A DNA stretch of 64,000 bases from Candidatus Collierbacteria bacterium (GTDB lineage: Bacteria; Patescibacteriota; Microgenomatia; UBA1400; JACPES01): assembly GCA_016219325.1 (NCBI GenBank), contig JACRNH010000003.1, positions 45,123 to 109,122 of the forward strand. The letters run 5' to 3'. Each line of letters starts with the position of its first letter. Positions within the stretch are counted from its first letter, which is position 1. Below are positions 50,400-58,807 of the stretch, piece after piece. A program made the translations under genes and the position numbers. The notes beneath the pieces were generated by a model. It saw only the letters and a program-made list of their open reading frames with translations. It was not told the DNA's origin and made no database searches.

Positions 50400-52169
50400 A
50401 TGAAATCTGAAATATCCATTAAAGTCGGCGGGCCGGCCGGGGCGGGGGTTAAATCAGTCGGGCAGATATTGGCTAAAACTTTACAAAGATCTGGTTTTCA
50501 GGTATTTGAGTATCCGGAATATCCGAGTTTAATCCGCGGCGGGCATAATACTGAATTGGTGCAGGCTTCACTCGGAGAAAAATATTCCCTCACAAAACCG
50601 GTGGATTTACTGATCGCTCTTGACGATAAAACCCTGAAATTAGATTTGCCGGAAGTTGTTTCCGGCGGAATGGTAATTTTCGATTCCAAAATTGAATTTA
50701 AGCCAAGTCCCTCCAAAATTATCTATTTATCTATTCCGCTGTCTGATATCGCTCAAAAATTAGGAAATCCGTTGATGGCCAATGTAGTGGCGGTTGGCGC
50801 GGGATTGAAAGTCATGGGATTAAGTACTTTAATGACATCCAAATTGCTGACTGATCAGTTTTTTAAAAAAGGCCCTGATGTTGTCGCGGCAAATATTAAA
50901 GCCCTCGAAGCCGGTTGGAACTTTGTTAAAGAAAAAGGCTTCAAACCTATTTTGGATTCTGTGGATGTGAAGCCTTCAAATAATTTAATGATGACTGGAA
51001 ACGAAGCATTATCTTTAGGAGCAATCTCTGCCGGATTGGGTCTGTACGCCGCGTATCCGATGACTCCGTCAACCCCGATTCTGCATTATTTATCTGCTCA
51101 TCAGCAGGAATTTGGGTACGTTGTCCGGCAGGCGGAAGACGAAATATCCGCCGTCAATATGATAATAGGCGCGATGCACATGGGCGTGAGGGCGATGTGC
51201 GGAACTTCCGGCGGGGGATTTGCTTTAATGAACGAATCTTTGGCTTTAGCGGGGATGACGGAAACGCCGTTGGTAGTTGTCCTTGTTCAACGTCCGGGTC
51301 CGGCGACCGGCTTGCCAACCTGGACTGAACAGGGAGAACTGCAATACGCGATTCATGCCGCTCATGGGGAATTTTTAAAATTTGTTTTAGCCCCCGGGGA
51401 TAACAGGGAAATATTCCAAATGGCTTTTGAAGCTTTTAATTTAGCGGAAAGATATCAGACGCCGGCGATTATTATGCTGGATAAATTTCTATCGGAATCT
51501 TCCATGACCTGCGGAAACTTATTTCCCGACAAATTTACCATTGACAGAGGTAAAATTTCTGATCCGCTTAAATTAAAAAGGACACAAAATTATCAGCGTT
51601 ATCAGTTAACGGACGACGGTATTTCCGAAAGAAGTTTGCCGGGAATGGAAGGTGGAGTATTTTGCGCTAACTCCGACGAGCATGAGTACCATGGACTGGT
51701 TGACGAATCTTCTTCAATGAGAATTTGGCAAGTTGATAAGAGATTAAAGAAAATGGATGCGGCAGCAAAAATGATGCCGGGACCTAAATTTATTGGACCA
51801 AAGAACGCTAAAATTACCATTGTGGCTTGGGGATCGGGAAAATTGGCAGGGATAGAAACGATGGAGATGATAAACAATGAGCAGAAAACAAAGAACAATG
51901 AACAAAGAGTCAAAAACAGAGTAAACGTTTTACACTTTAGCTACCTCTGGCCGATGAATGTCAAGGCGGTAAGCGAAGCTCTGAAAAATTGCGCTCCTTC
52001 AACGTTATTGATTGAGCAAAATGCAACCGGACAATTTCAGGCATTATTAAAAGAGCAAATTGGTTGGGAACCAACGGCCCATTTAAGGAAGTACGATGGC
52101 AGGCCTTTTTACGCGGAAGAAATTATTGGAAAGATTGATAAATTAGTTAATGGATTAATGGATTCATGA
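50400..52169 (+). CDS. 2-oxoacid:ferredoxin oxidoreductase, fused gamma-alpha subunit
   Basis: N-terminal gamma domain (IKVGGPAGAGVKSVGQIL) and alpha domains I-II. There is an in-frame repeat insert at 51874-51930 (NEQKTKNNEQRVKNRV). Confidence 0.8.
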   Translation: MKSEISIKVGGPAGAGVKSVGQILAKTLQRSGFQVFEYPEYPSLIRGGHNTELVQASLGEKYSLTKPVDLLIALDDKTLKLDLPEVVSGGMVIFDSKIEFKPSPSKIIYLSIPLSDIAQKLGNPLMANVVAVGAGLKVMGLSTLMTSKLLTDQFFKKGPDVVAANIKALEAGWNFVKEKGFKPILDSVDVKPSNNLMMTGNEALSLGAISAGLGLYAAYPMTPSTPILHYLSAHQQEFGYVVRQAEDEISAVNMIIGAMHMGVRAMCGTSGGGFALMNESLALAGMTETPLVVVLVQRPGPATGLPTWTEQGELQYAIHAAHGEFLKFVLAPGDNREIFQMAFEAFNLAERYQTPAIIMLDKFLSESSMTCGNLFPDKFTIDRGKISDPLKLKRTQNYQRYQLTDDGISERSLPGMEGGVFCANSDEHEYHGLVDESSSMRIWQVDKRLKKMDAAAKMMPGPKFIGPKNAKITIVAWGSGKLAGIETMEMINNEQKTKNNEQRVKNRVNVLHFSYLWPMNVKAVSEALKNCAPSTLLIEQNATGQFQALLKEQIGWEPTAHLRKYDGRPFYAEEIIGKIDKLVNGLMDS

Positions 52170-52194
52170 ATTCATTAACGCATTAACGCATTAT
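52149..52194. repeat. Imperfect inverted repeat of TAATGGAT/TAACGCAT units spanning the oxidoreductase alpha stop and beta start
   Basis: TAATGGATTAATGGATTCATGAA | TTCATTAACGCATTAACGCATTA. Confidence 0.6.
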
Positions 52195-53041
52195 GCCATC
52201 TTTAAATTCATTTAATACTTCCATCTTTCCCACCTGGTGTCCGGGGTGCGGGGATTTTGGAATTTGGGGAGCGTTAAAACAAGCCCTGGAATCATTAAAA
52301 ATAAATCCGGATCAAGCGGCATTTTTTTTCGGAGTCGGTTGTTCTGGAAACATTTCCAGTTTTATCAGAGGTTATGGTTTTCATTCACTTCACGGCCGGA
52401 GTATTGCCAATGCCGCCGGGGCTAAACTGGCTAATTATAAACTTCCTGTTATCGTAATCGCCGGTGACGGTGATATGTTGGGAGAAGGCTTAAGCCATTT
52501 TATTCACGCTGCCCGGGCCAATCATGACATTACAATAATTTTACATAATAATGGGGTATTTGGATTAACAACCGGCCAATCCTCGCCTACTGCCGAAATC
52601 GGATTTAAATCAAAACCGATGCCTTGGGAAACTACGGATGAACCGATAAACCCTTGCGCTCTGGCAATTATGCAGCAGGCCGGATTTGTATCACGGGGCT
52701 TTGCCGGGGATCAGGAAGGCTTATCCAATTTGATCAATCAGGCGATCAATCATTCGGGCTTTTCATTGGTTGATGTTCTTCAGCCCTGTGTTACATTTAA
52801 TCCGGATAAATCATACATTTGGTACAGGCAGAGAATAAAGTCTGTTGAGTCTGTTACAAGCGATGTTTTGACCGGGATTAAAAATTCATTATGGATTGAC
52901 GAGCGAATATCAACCGGAATTATTTATCAAAACTCAAGGCCCGCGTTCCATTCTAACTATCCACAATTGGTTAAAGATAATCTATTGGATACGACCGGGA
53001 AAAAGAGAGATATAAGTAAATTGCTGAATGGATTTAAATAG
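52193..53041 (+). CDS. 2-oxoacid:ferredoxin oxidoreductase beta subunit (TPP-binding)
   Basis: N-terminal Cys cluster (CPGCGDFG) and a TPP-binding GDG-(X)n-N motif (GDGDMLGEG...LHNNGVFGLTTGQ). Confidence 0.8.
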   Translation: MPSLNSFNTSIFPTWCPGCGDFGIWGALKQALESLKINPDQAAFFFGVGCSGNISSFIRGYGFHSLHGRSIANAAGAKLANYKLPVIVIAGDGDMLGEGLSHFIHAARANHDITIILHNNGVFGLTTGQSSPTAEIGFKSKPMPWETTDEPINPCALAIMQQAGFVSRGFAGDQEGLSNLINQAINHSGFSLVDVLQPCVTFNPDKSYIWYRQRIKSVESVTSDVLTGIKNSLWIDERISTGIIYQNSRPAFHSNYPQLVKDNLLDTTGKKRDISKLLNGFK

Positions 53042-53064
53042 ATTCCCGCTTTCGCGGGAATGAC
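53038..53064. repeat. MITE/REP-like half element (ATAGATTCCCGCTTTCGCGGGAATGAC) after the oxidoreductase beta gene
   Basis: Matches the right half of the 34743 element, with the stem in the complementary orientation. Confidence 0.7.
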
Positions 53065-53066
53065 AG

Positions 53067-53696
53067 TTAATTAACCACAGGGTGGAATTTGCGGATAACG
53101 CCCACAACTTTTCCCTGAACTCTGACGCGGGTGGCGAAAATCGGCTGCATCTGGGAGTTTGCCGGTTCCAGCCTGATTCTGGTGGCTTCGCGGAAAAATC
53201 TTTTTAAGGTGGCCAATCCATTGTCTAAAAGGGCAACGACTATGTCTCCGTTATGAACCTCATCCTGTTCTTCAACGACTACATAATCTCCGTCAAGAAT
53301 TCCATCGTCAATCATTGATTGGCCTTTGACTTTTAAAACGTAAGCCCGGCGTTTTCCGGATAACATGTCAGGCGAAATGGATAGCGTAGTATGAGGATCT
53401 GCAAACGGGACAATCGGCGATCCGGCAGCGATAAATCCCATTACAGGCAATTCTACTCCGGTTGAAGTTTTGGAAATCTTGCGGTCGATTAATTCGATTC
53501 CGCGGACGGTGCCTTCATACTTTTTAATAATTCCTTTTCTGATTAAAGCTTCTAAATGTTCGTGGACTGTGGCTAAAGAAGTGACTCCCAATGCTATGGC
53601 AATTTCCTGTAAAGTAGGGGAATATCCGTGCTGCTGGATATATTGTGATAAAAATTCTACAATTTGTCTTTGGCGTCTGTAAAGTGTTACTGGCAT
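53067..53696 (-). CDS. lexA: LexA repressor
   Basis: N-terminal winged HTH and a C-terminal S24 peptidase (GDYVVVEEQDEVHNGDIVVALLDN, with catalytic Ser/Lys). It is divergent from uvrB. Confidence 0.85.
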   Translation of the reverse strand: MPVTLYRRQRQIVEFLSQYIQQHGYSPTLQEIAIALGVTSLATVHEHLEALIRKGIIKKYEGTVRGIELIDRKISKTSTGVELPVMGFIAAGSPIVPFADPHTTLSISPDMLSGKRRAYVLKVKGQSMIDDGILDGDYVVVEEQDEVHNGDIVVALLDNGLATLKRFFREATRIRLEPANSQMQPIFATRVRVQGKVVGVIRKFHPVVN

Positions 53697-53776
53697 TTGG
53701 GTTATATTATTTTAACGTTTGTGTCATCTTAGCCCAAGCTTAGGCGAACTGTCAAGAGGCAAAAACGCTATCAAAC

Positions 53777-56005
53777 ATGTTTAAACTACATTCACCATAT
53801 CAACCGACGGGGACACAACCGCAGGCAATTGCCAAACTTTCTGAATTGATTTCCGGAGGAAACCGGCATCAAACCCTGCTCGGGGTGACCGGTTCCGGCA
53901 AAACATTTGTGACGGCAAATGTTATCGCTAAACTTAATAAACCGACTTTGGTTATCGCCCACAATAAAACTTTAGCCGCTCAATTGTATCAGGAGTATAG
54001 GGATTTTTTCCCGGAAAACGCGGTTTCCTATTTTGTCAGCTATTACGACTATTATCAGCCGGAGGCCTATATTCCCCAGACCGACACTTATATCGAAAAG
54101 GAAACAGATATAAATGAAATGATTGATAAATTGAGGTTAAAAGCCACCGCCAATCTGGTTTCCCGCCGAGATGTGATAGTTGTTGCTTCCGTTTCTTGCA
54201 TTTATAACTTGGGAGAACCGCAGGAATATTTAAAGAGAGTTTTGAAATTGAGTCTGGGCCAGAAAATCACTTTGAGAGAGCTATCCGAAAAACTAGTTGA
54301 TTTAATGTACGTAAGATCGCAGATGGAATTATCAAGGTCAAACTTTAGAATCAGAGGAGACTGTTTGGATATCTGGCCGGCATACGAGGATTCGGTATTG
54401 AGAATTGAGATTGTGTCAGACAAAATAAAATCGATTTGTTGGCTCGACCCTATTTCTCTATTTCCTGATCCAAAACTAATAACTAATAACCAACAACCAA
54501 CAACTGTTGCTATTTACCCCGCCAAACACTACATTGCCGATTCTAAAGATATGCTGCCGGTATTTGCCCGGATTAGAAATGACCTGCGTTTAAGGGCAAA
54601 ACAATTAGAGGCAGGCGGCCGTGATCTGGAGGCAAAAAGATTGGTTCAAAAAGTGGAATATGATTTAGCGATGATTCAGGAATTGGGATACGTCAACGGG
54701 ATTGAAAATTATTCCCGTTACTTTGACCACCGTAATCCCGGCGATCCGCCATTTACTTTATTGGACTATTTTAAACAGTGCGATCCGAATTTTTTAACGG
54801 TTATTGACGAATCCCACATCACTCTTCCGCAGATAAAAGGAATGTTTAAAGGCGACCAGTCACGGAAACAAACATTGATTGATTTTGGTTTTAGATTGCC
54901 GGCTGCAATGGATAACCGGCCATTGCAATTTGATGAATTTTTGGGAAGAGTTAATCAGACGATTTATACGTCGGCAACGCCGGGAGATTGGGAGTTGGCA
55001 AAAAGCAATGAGCAGAAAACAAAGAGCAATGAGCAAAGAACAAATAGCAACAGAGTTGTGGAATTGTTGGTTAGACCGACGGGATTGATTGACCCGGAAA
55101 TTGAGGTTAGAAACGCCCAAAATCAGGTTCCGGATTTGGTGATGGAAATTTTAAAGCGCAAAGCCAAGAATGAGCGGGTTCTGGTGACGACTTTGACAAA
55201 AAAAACCGCTGAAGCCCTGGCTGAATATTTATCGGATGAAAATAAATTAAAAACTGTTATCGGTTCTCGGTCATCGGATTTCGGTTACCAGTCTTCCGGT
55301 TATCAGTTTGCCGGTCTTAAGACCGATAGACTGAAAACAGATAAACCTGAGACTGAAAACAGAAAACTGAAAACCGATAACAAATCTATATCTGATTTGC
55401 CCAAAGTGGCTTATCTCCACTCCGATATCAAAACCCTCGACCGTCAGGATACTTTGGATAAGTTGAGAAGGGGAGAAGTGGACGTGATTGTCGGGATCAA
55501 CCTATTGCGGGAAGGTTTGGATCTACCGGAAGTATCACTGGTTGCGATATTAGACGCCGATCAGGAAGGATTTTTAAGAAGCAAGACGAGCTTAATCCAA
55601 ACTATGGGGAGAGCCGCTCGTCATATTGACGGAAAAGTTATTCTTTATGCCTATAAAATCACCGATTCAATGAGCGAAGCGATTGATGAATCTGAAAGAA
55701 GACGGAAGGTTCAGATTGAATATAACTTGAAGCATAATATTTTCCCAAAGGGGATAAATAAGCCGGTGAGGGAGAAGTTAGTTGATAGAAGTCAGGAATT
55801 GGTGGCTGAAATTGATTTGCCGAAAGGAATCTCCAATAGATACGGGGTTAAAAAATTGGATGATTTAGATTTGAATTCTTTGTCTCCGCAGGATAAACAG
55901 TCAATGATCAAACATTTAAGAAAACAAATGCTGTCTGCCGCCGATAAACTAAACTTCGAAAAGGCGGCTGAAATTAGAGATAAAATCACAGAAATGAAAA
56001 GTTAA
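53777..56005 (+). CDS. uvrB: Excinuclease ABC subunit B with two in-frame repeat inserts
   Basis: Walker A (GVTGSGKTFV), helicase motifs and a C-terminal UvrB/UvrC interaction motif (EKAAEIRDKI). The inserts are at 55003-55060 and 55255-55385. Confidence 0.9.
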   Translation: MFKLHSPYQPTGTQPQAIAKLSELISGGNRHQTLLGVTGSGKTFVTANVIAKLNKPTLVIAHNKTLAAQLYQEYRDFFPENAVSYFVSYYDYYQPEAYIPQTDTYIEKETDINEMIDKLRLKATANLVSRRDVIVVASVSCIYNLGEPQEYLKRVLKLSLGQKITLRELSEKLVDLMYVRSQMELSRSNFRIRGDCLDIWPAYEDSVLRIEIVSDKIKSICWLDPISLFPDPKLITNNQQPTTVAIYPAKHYIADSKDMLPVFARIRNDLRLRAKQLEAGGRDLEAKRLVQKVEYDLAMIQELGYVNGIENYSRYFDHRNPGDPPFTLLDYFKQCDPNFLTVIDESHITLPQIKGMFKGDQSRKQTLIDFGFRLPAAMDNRPLQFDEFLGRVNQTIYTSATPGDWELAKSNEQKTKSNEQRTNSNRVVELLVRPTGLIDPEIEVRNAQNQVPDLVMEILKRKAKNERVLVTTLTKKTAEALAEYLSDENKLKTVIGSRSSDFGYQSSGYQFAGLKTDRLKTDKPETENRKLKTDNKSISDLPKVAYLHSDIKTLDRQDTLDKLRRGEVDVIVGINLLREGLDLPEVSLVAILDADQEGFLRSKTSLIQTMGRAARHIDGKVILYAYKITDSMSEAIDESERRRKVQIEYNLKHNIFPKGINKPVREKLVDRSQELVAEIDLPKGISNRYGVKKLDDLDLNSLSPQDKQSMIKHLRKQMLSAADKLNFEKAAEIRDKITEMKS

Positions 56006-56026
56006 ATGTTATCTTTGTCATTCCGT

Positions 56027-56083
56027 GCTTGACACGGAATCTATACAGATTTCATCTCAAGGCTGGAATGGCATAAATATCCT
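56027..56083. repeat. MITE/REP-like element copy after uvrB (left half intact, right half degenerate)
   Basis: GTCATTCCGTGCTTGACACGGAATCTATACAGATTTCATCTCAAGGCTGGAATGGCA. Confidence 0.7.
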
Positions 56084-56109
56084 CGGGTATAATTAGATCT
56101 CAAAAATTT

Positions 56110-58800
56110 ATGGAAAACTATATTGAGGTTATTGGGGCCAAACAACATAATCTTAAGAATATCAGTGTTAAAATTCCCAAGAATAAACTGACGGTGATTA
56201 CGGGTGTATCGGGGAGCGGGAAGTCATCACTGGCGTTTGATACCATTTTTGCCGAAGGTCAAAGGCGGTATGTTGAGTCTTTATCTTCATATGCCAGGCA
56301 ATTTTTAGGGGTAATGAACAAACCGGACGTGGATAAGATTATCGGCTTGTCTCCGGCGATTGCCATTAACCAAAAAGCGGTTTCCAGCAATCCCAGAAGC
56401 ACTGTCGGAACTGTGACAGAAATCTATGATTATTTAAGAGTGTTATATTCCCGCGCCGGCCATCCTCATTGCGAAAAATGCGGCCGGGAAGTTAAACGCC
56501 AGTCCGTTGATCAAATTTCCGATTCAATTTTGGATCAGGCTAAATTATCGGCAGTTGGCCAAAAACCTTGCCTAATCGAAATATTTTCACCAATTATTGT
56601 TGATAAAAAGGGTGAATTTACCCAACTGTTTGAATCGTTGCGCCGGGATGGTTTTAAAGATGTTACCGTTGACGGCCAGAAGTTCAATCTTAATCATAAT
56701 TTTGTTTTAATCAAAACCAACCGCCACACCATAGAATTATCCGTTGATAAAATTTCAGTCACTAAAAAAGATTTTAAAAATCCTGACGGGCTTAAACTTA
56801 TTTCATCAAGGCTCTCTGAAACTGTTGAAATAGCTTCAAAAAAGTCAGGCGGGACGCTGCTGATCCAATTTGACGGTAAAGACAAAACTCTATTTTCCCA
56901 AAGCTTCGCCTGCCCAGTTTGCAATATCTCCCTGCCTGACATTGAGCCGCGGAGTTTTTCGTTTAACACCCCTTACGGGGCTTGTCCCGAATGCGATGGA
57001 TTAGGGACAATTCTTTCGGCCGATCCTGAAGCAGAAGAAAAAATTCCTAATTTGTTAAACCGTTATCTGGAAACCGACAATGAGGCAGTCAGAAAACGCT
57101 TAATCCCGTTTATCATAACCTCCGTTTGCCCCAGTTGTAATGGACAAAAGCTTAACAAAATTTCCAGAAATGTTACTGTGGCCGGAAAAAATATTGCCGA
57201 GATATCAAATTTAGCTGTTAAAGACTGTTTAAGCTTTATTGAGAAGCTTAATAAATCAGATGCCTTTTCGCCTCAAGAATCAGCGGTTTCAACTCCGATT
57301 GTCCGGGAACTTTCGATCAGATTAAAATTTTTAATTGACGTTGGTCTGGAATATTTAACTTTAGGCAGGACAGCCTCTTCTCTTTCATCCGGAGAAGCTC
57401 AAAGAATCAGGCTGGCTTCGCAAATCGGGACAGGTTTAACAGGGGTTTTATATGTTTTGGACGAGCCGACGATTGGCTTGCATCAACGGGATAATTCAAA
57501 ATTAATTCAGATTTTAAAATCATTAAGAGACTTGGGAAATACAGTCTTGGTAGTTGAACATGATCAGGAAACCATAGAAAACGCGGATTGGATGATTGAA
57601 ATCGGTCCAAAGGCCGGGAAAAATGGCGGGGAAATCATCGCGGAAGGAACAGTTGAAGATATTAAAAATAATAAAAAATCGTTGACTGGGGATTATTTGG
57701 CAGGAAGGAAGAAAGTAGAAATACAAAAGGTTAAAAGGTTAGAAGGTTACAAGGCTAATAAAATAGATTTTTCAACCTGCCAACCTGCCAACCTGCCAAC
57801 CTTAGAGTCCATTAAGCTCTCCGGCGCCTCCCAGCATAATTTAAAATCAGTTGACGTTGAATTCCCAATGGGCAAATTCATTTGCGTCACAGGCGTGTCA
57901 GGATCAGGAAAATCAACTTTGGTTCATGACACCCTTTATCATGCTCTTGCCCGAAGATTAAACCGCTATCATCACACCACTCCGGGAAAATTTGAAAGTT
58001 TTTCATTGCCGAATACCGTTAGCCAGGTCAGTTTGATTGATCAAAGCCCGATTGGGCGAACGCCGAGATCTAATCCGGCTACATACAGCGGAGTATTTGA
58101 CTATATCCGCCAAATTTTCAGCCAAACAAAAGAATCTAGAATCAGAGGATGGAAATCAGGCCGTTTCAGTTTTAACATCCCGGGAGGCAGATGCGAAACC
58201 TGTGAAGGCCAAGGACAAATAAAAGTTGAAATGCAGTTTATGCCGGATGTCTATGTTATCTGTGACGACTGTAAGGGAACAAGGTTTGGGCGTGAGACAT
58301 TAGAAGTCGTTTATTCCGGTAAAAATATTGCCGAAATTTTAAATTTAACCATAAATGAGGCCTGCGAAATGTTTGCCGGCTTTCCGGCCCTAAAATCAAG
58401 GTTGTTAATGTTAAGATCCGTAGGTTTAGGTTATTTAAGCTTAGGCCAGCCGGCGACAATTTTATCCGGCGGAGAAGCCCAAAGGATGAAATTATCCCGG
58501 GAGTTGGGGAAAATCAGGTCAGCCCATACTATATATTTACTGGATGAACCAACCACCGGGCTTCATTTTGACGATTTGCAGAAACTGATCGAAGTTTTAT
58601 TGAAACTTGTAAATCAAAATAATACCGTAATTGTGGTTGAGCACAATCTGGACGTTATCAGAAACGCCGAATGGATAATTGATCTTGGGCCCGAAGGCGG
58701 GGATGAGGGAGGAGAGATCGTTGCTGTCGGAACGCCGGAGCAAATAGCAAATAATCCTAAAAGTTATACTGGAAGATATCTCAAAAAACTAATAAACTAA
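56110..58800 (+). CDS. uvrA: Excinuclease ABC subunit A with an in-frame hairpin-forming insert in the inter-module linker
   Basis: Two ABC ATPase modules (GVSGSGKSSLAFDT; GVSGSGKSTLVHDT), zinc fingers (CPVCNISL, CETCEGQG) and ABC signatures. The insert is at 57726-57812. Confidence 0.9.
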   Translation: MENYIEVIGAKQHNLKNISVKIPKNKLTVITGVSGSGKSSLAFDTIFAEGQRRYVESLSSYARQFLGVMNKPDVDKIIGLSPAIAINQKAVSSNPRSTVGTVTEIYDYLRVLYSRAGHPHCEKCGREVKRQSVDQISDSILDQAKLSAVGQKPCLIEIFSPIIVDKKGEFTQLFESLRRDGFKDVTVDGQKFNLNHNFVLIKTNRHTIELSVDKISVTKKDFKNPDGLKLISSRLSETVEIASKKSGGTLLIQFDGKDKTLFSQSFACPVCNISLPDIEPRSFSFNTPYGACPECDGLGTILSADPEAEEKIPNLLNRYLETDNEAVRKRLIPFIITSVCPSCNGQKLNKISRNVTVAGKNIAEISNLAVKDCLSFIEKLNKSDAFSPQESAVSTPIVRELSIRLKFLIDVGLEYLTLGRTASSLSSGEAQRIRLASQIGTGLTGVLYVLDEPTIGLHQRDNSKLIQILKSLRDLGNTVLVVEHDQETIENADWMIEIGPKAGKNGGEIIAEGTVEDIKNNKKSLTGDYLAGRKKVEIQKVKRLEGYKANKIDFSTCQPANLPTLESIKLSGASQHNLKSVDVEFPMGKFICVTGVSGSGKSTLVHDTLYHALARRLNRYHHTTPGKFESFSLPNTVSQVSLIDQSPIGRTPRSNPATYSGVFDYIRQIFSQTKESRIRGWKSGRFSFNIPGGRCETCEGQGQIKVEMQFMPDVYVICDDCKGTRFGRETLEVVYSGKNIAEILNLTINEACEMFAGFPALKSRLLMLRSVGLGYLSLGQPATILSGGEAQRMKLSRELGKIRSAHTIYLLDEPTTGLHFDDLQKLIEVLLKLVNQNNTVIVVEHNLDVIRNAEWIIDLGPEGGDEGGEIVAVGTPEQIANNPKSYTGRYLKKLIN

Positions 58801-58807
58801 TAACCGA

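Noticed and set aside
53681-53696. CTGTAAAGTGTTAC at the lexA start resembling the left arm of the IS palindrome CTGTAAAGTATC
   Set aside because: It is only a 9-nt match with no inverted partner, and it lies inside the coding sequence and start codon of lexA. Most likely coincidence.
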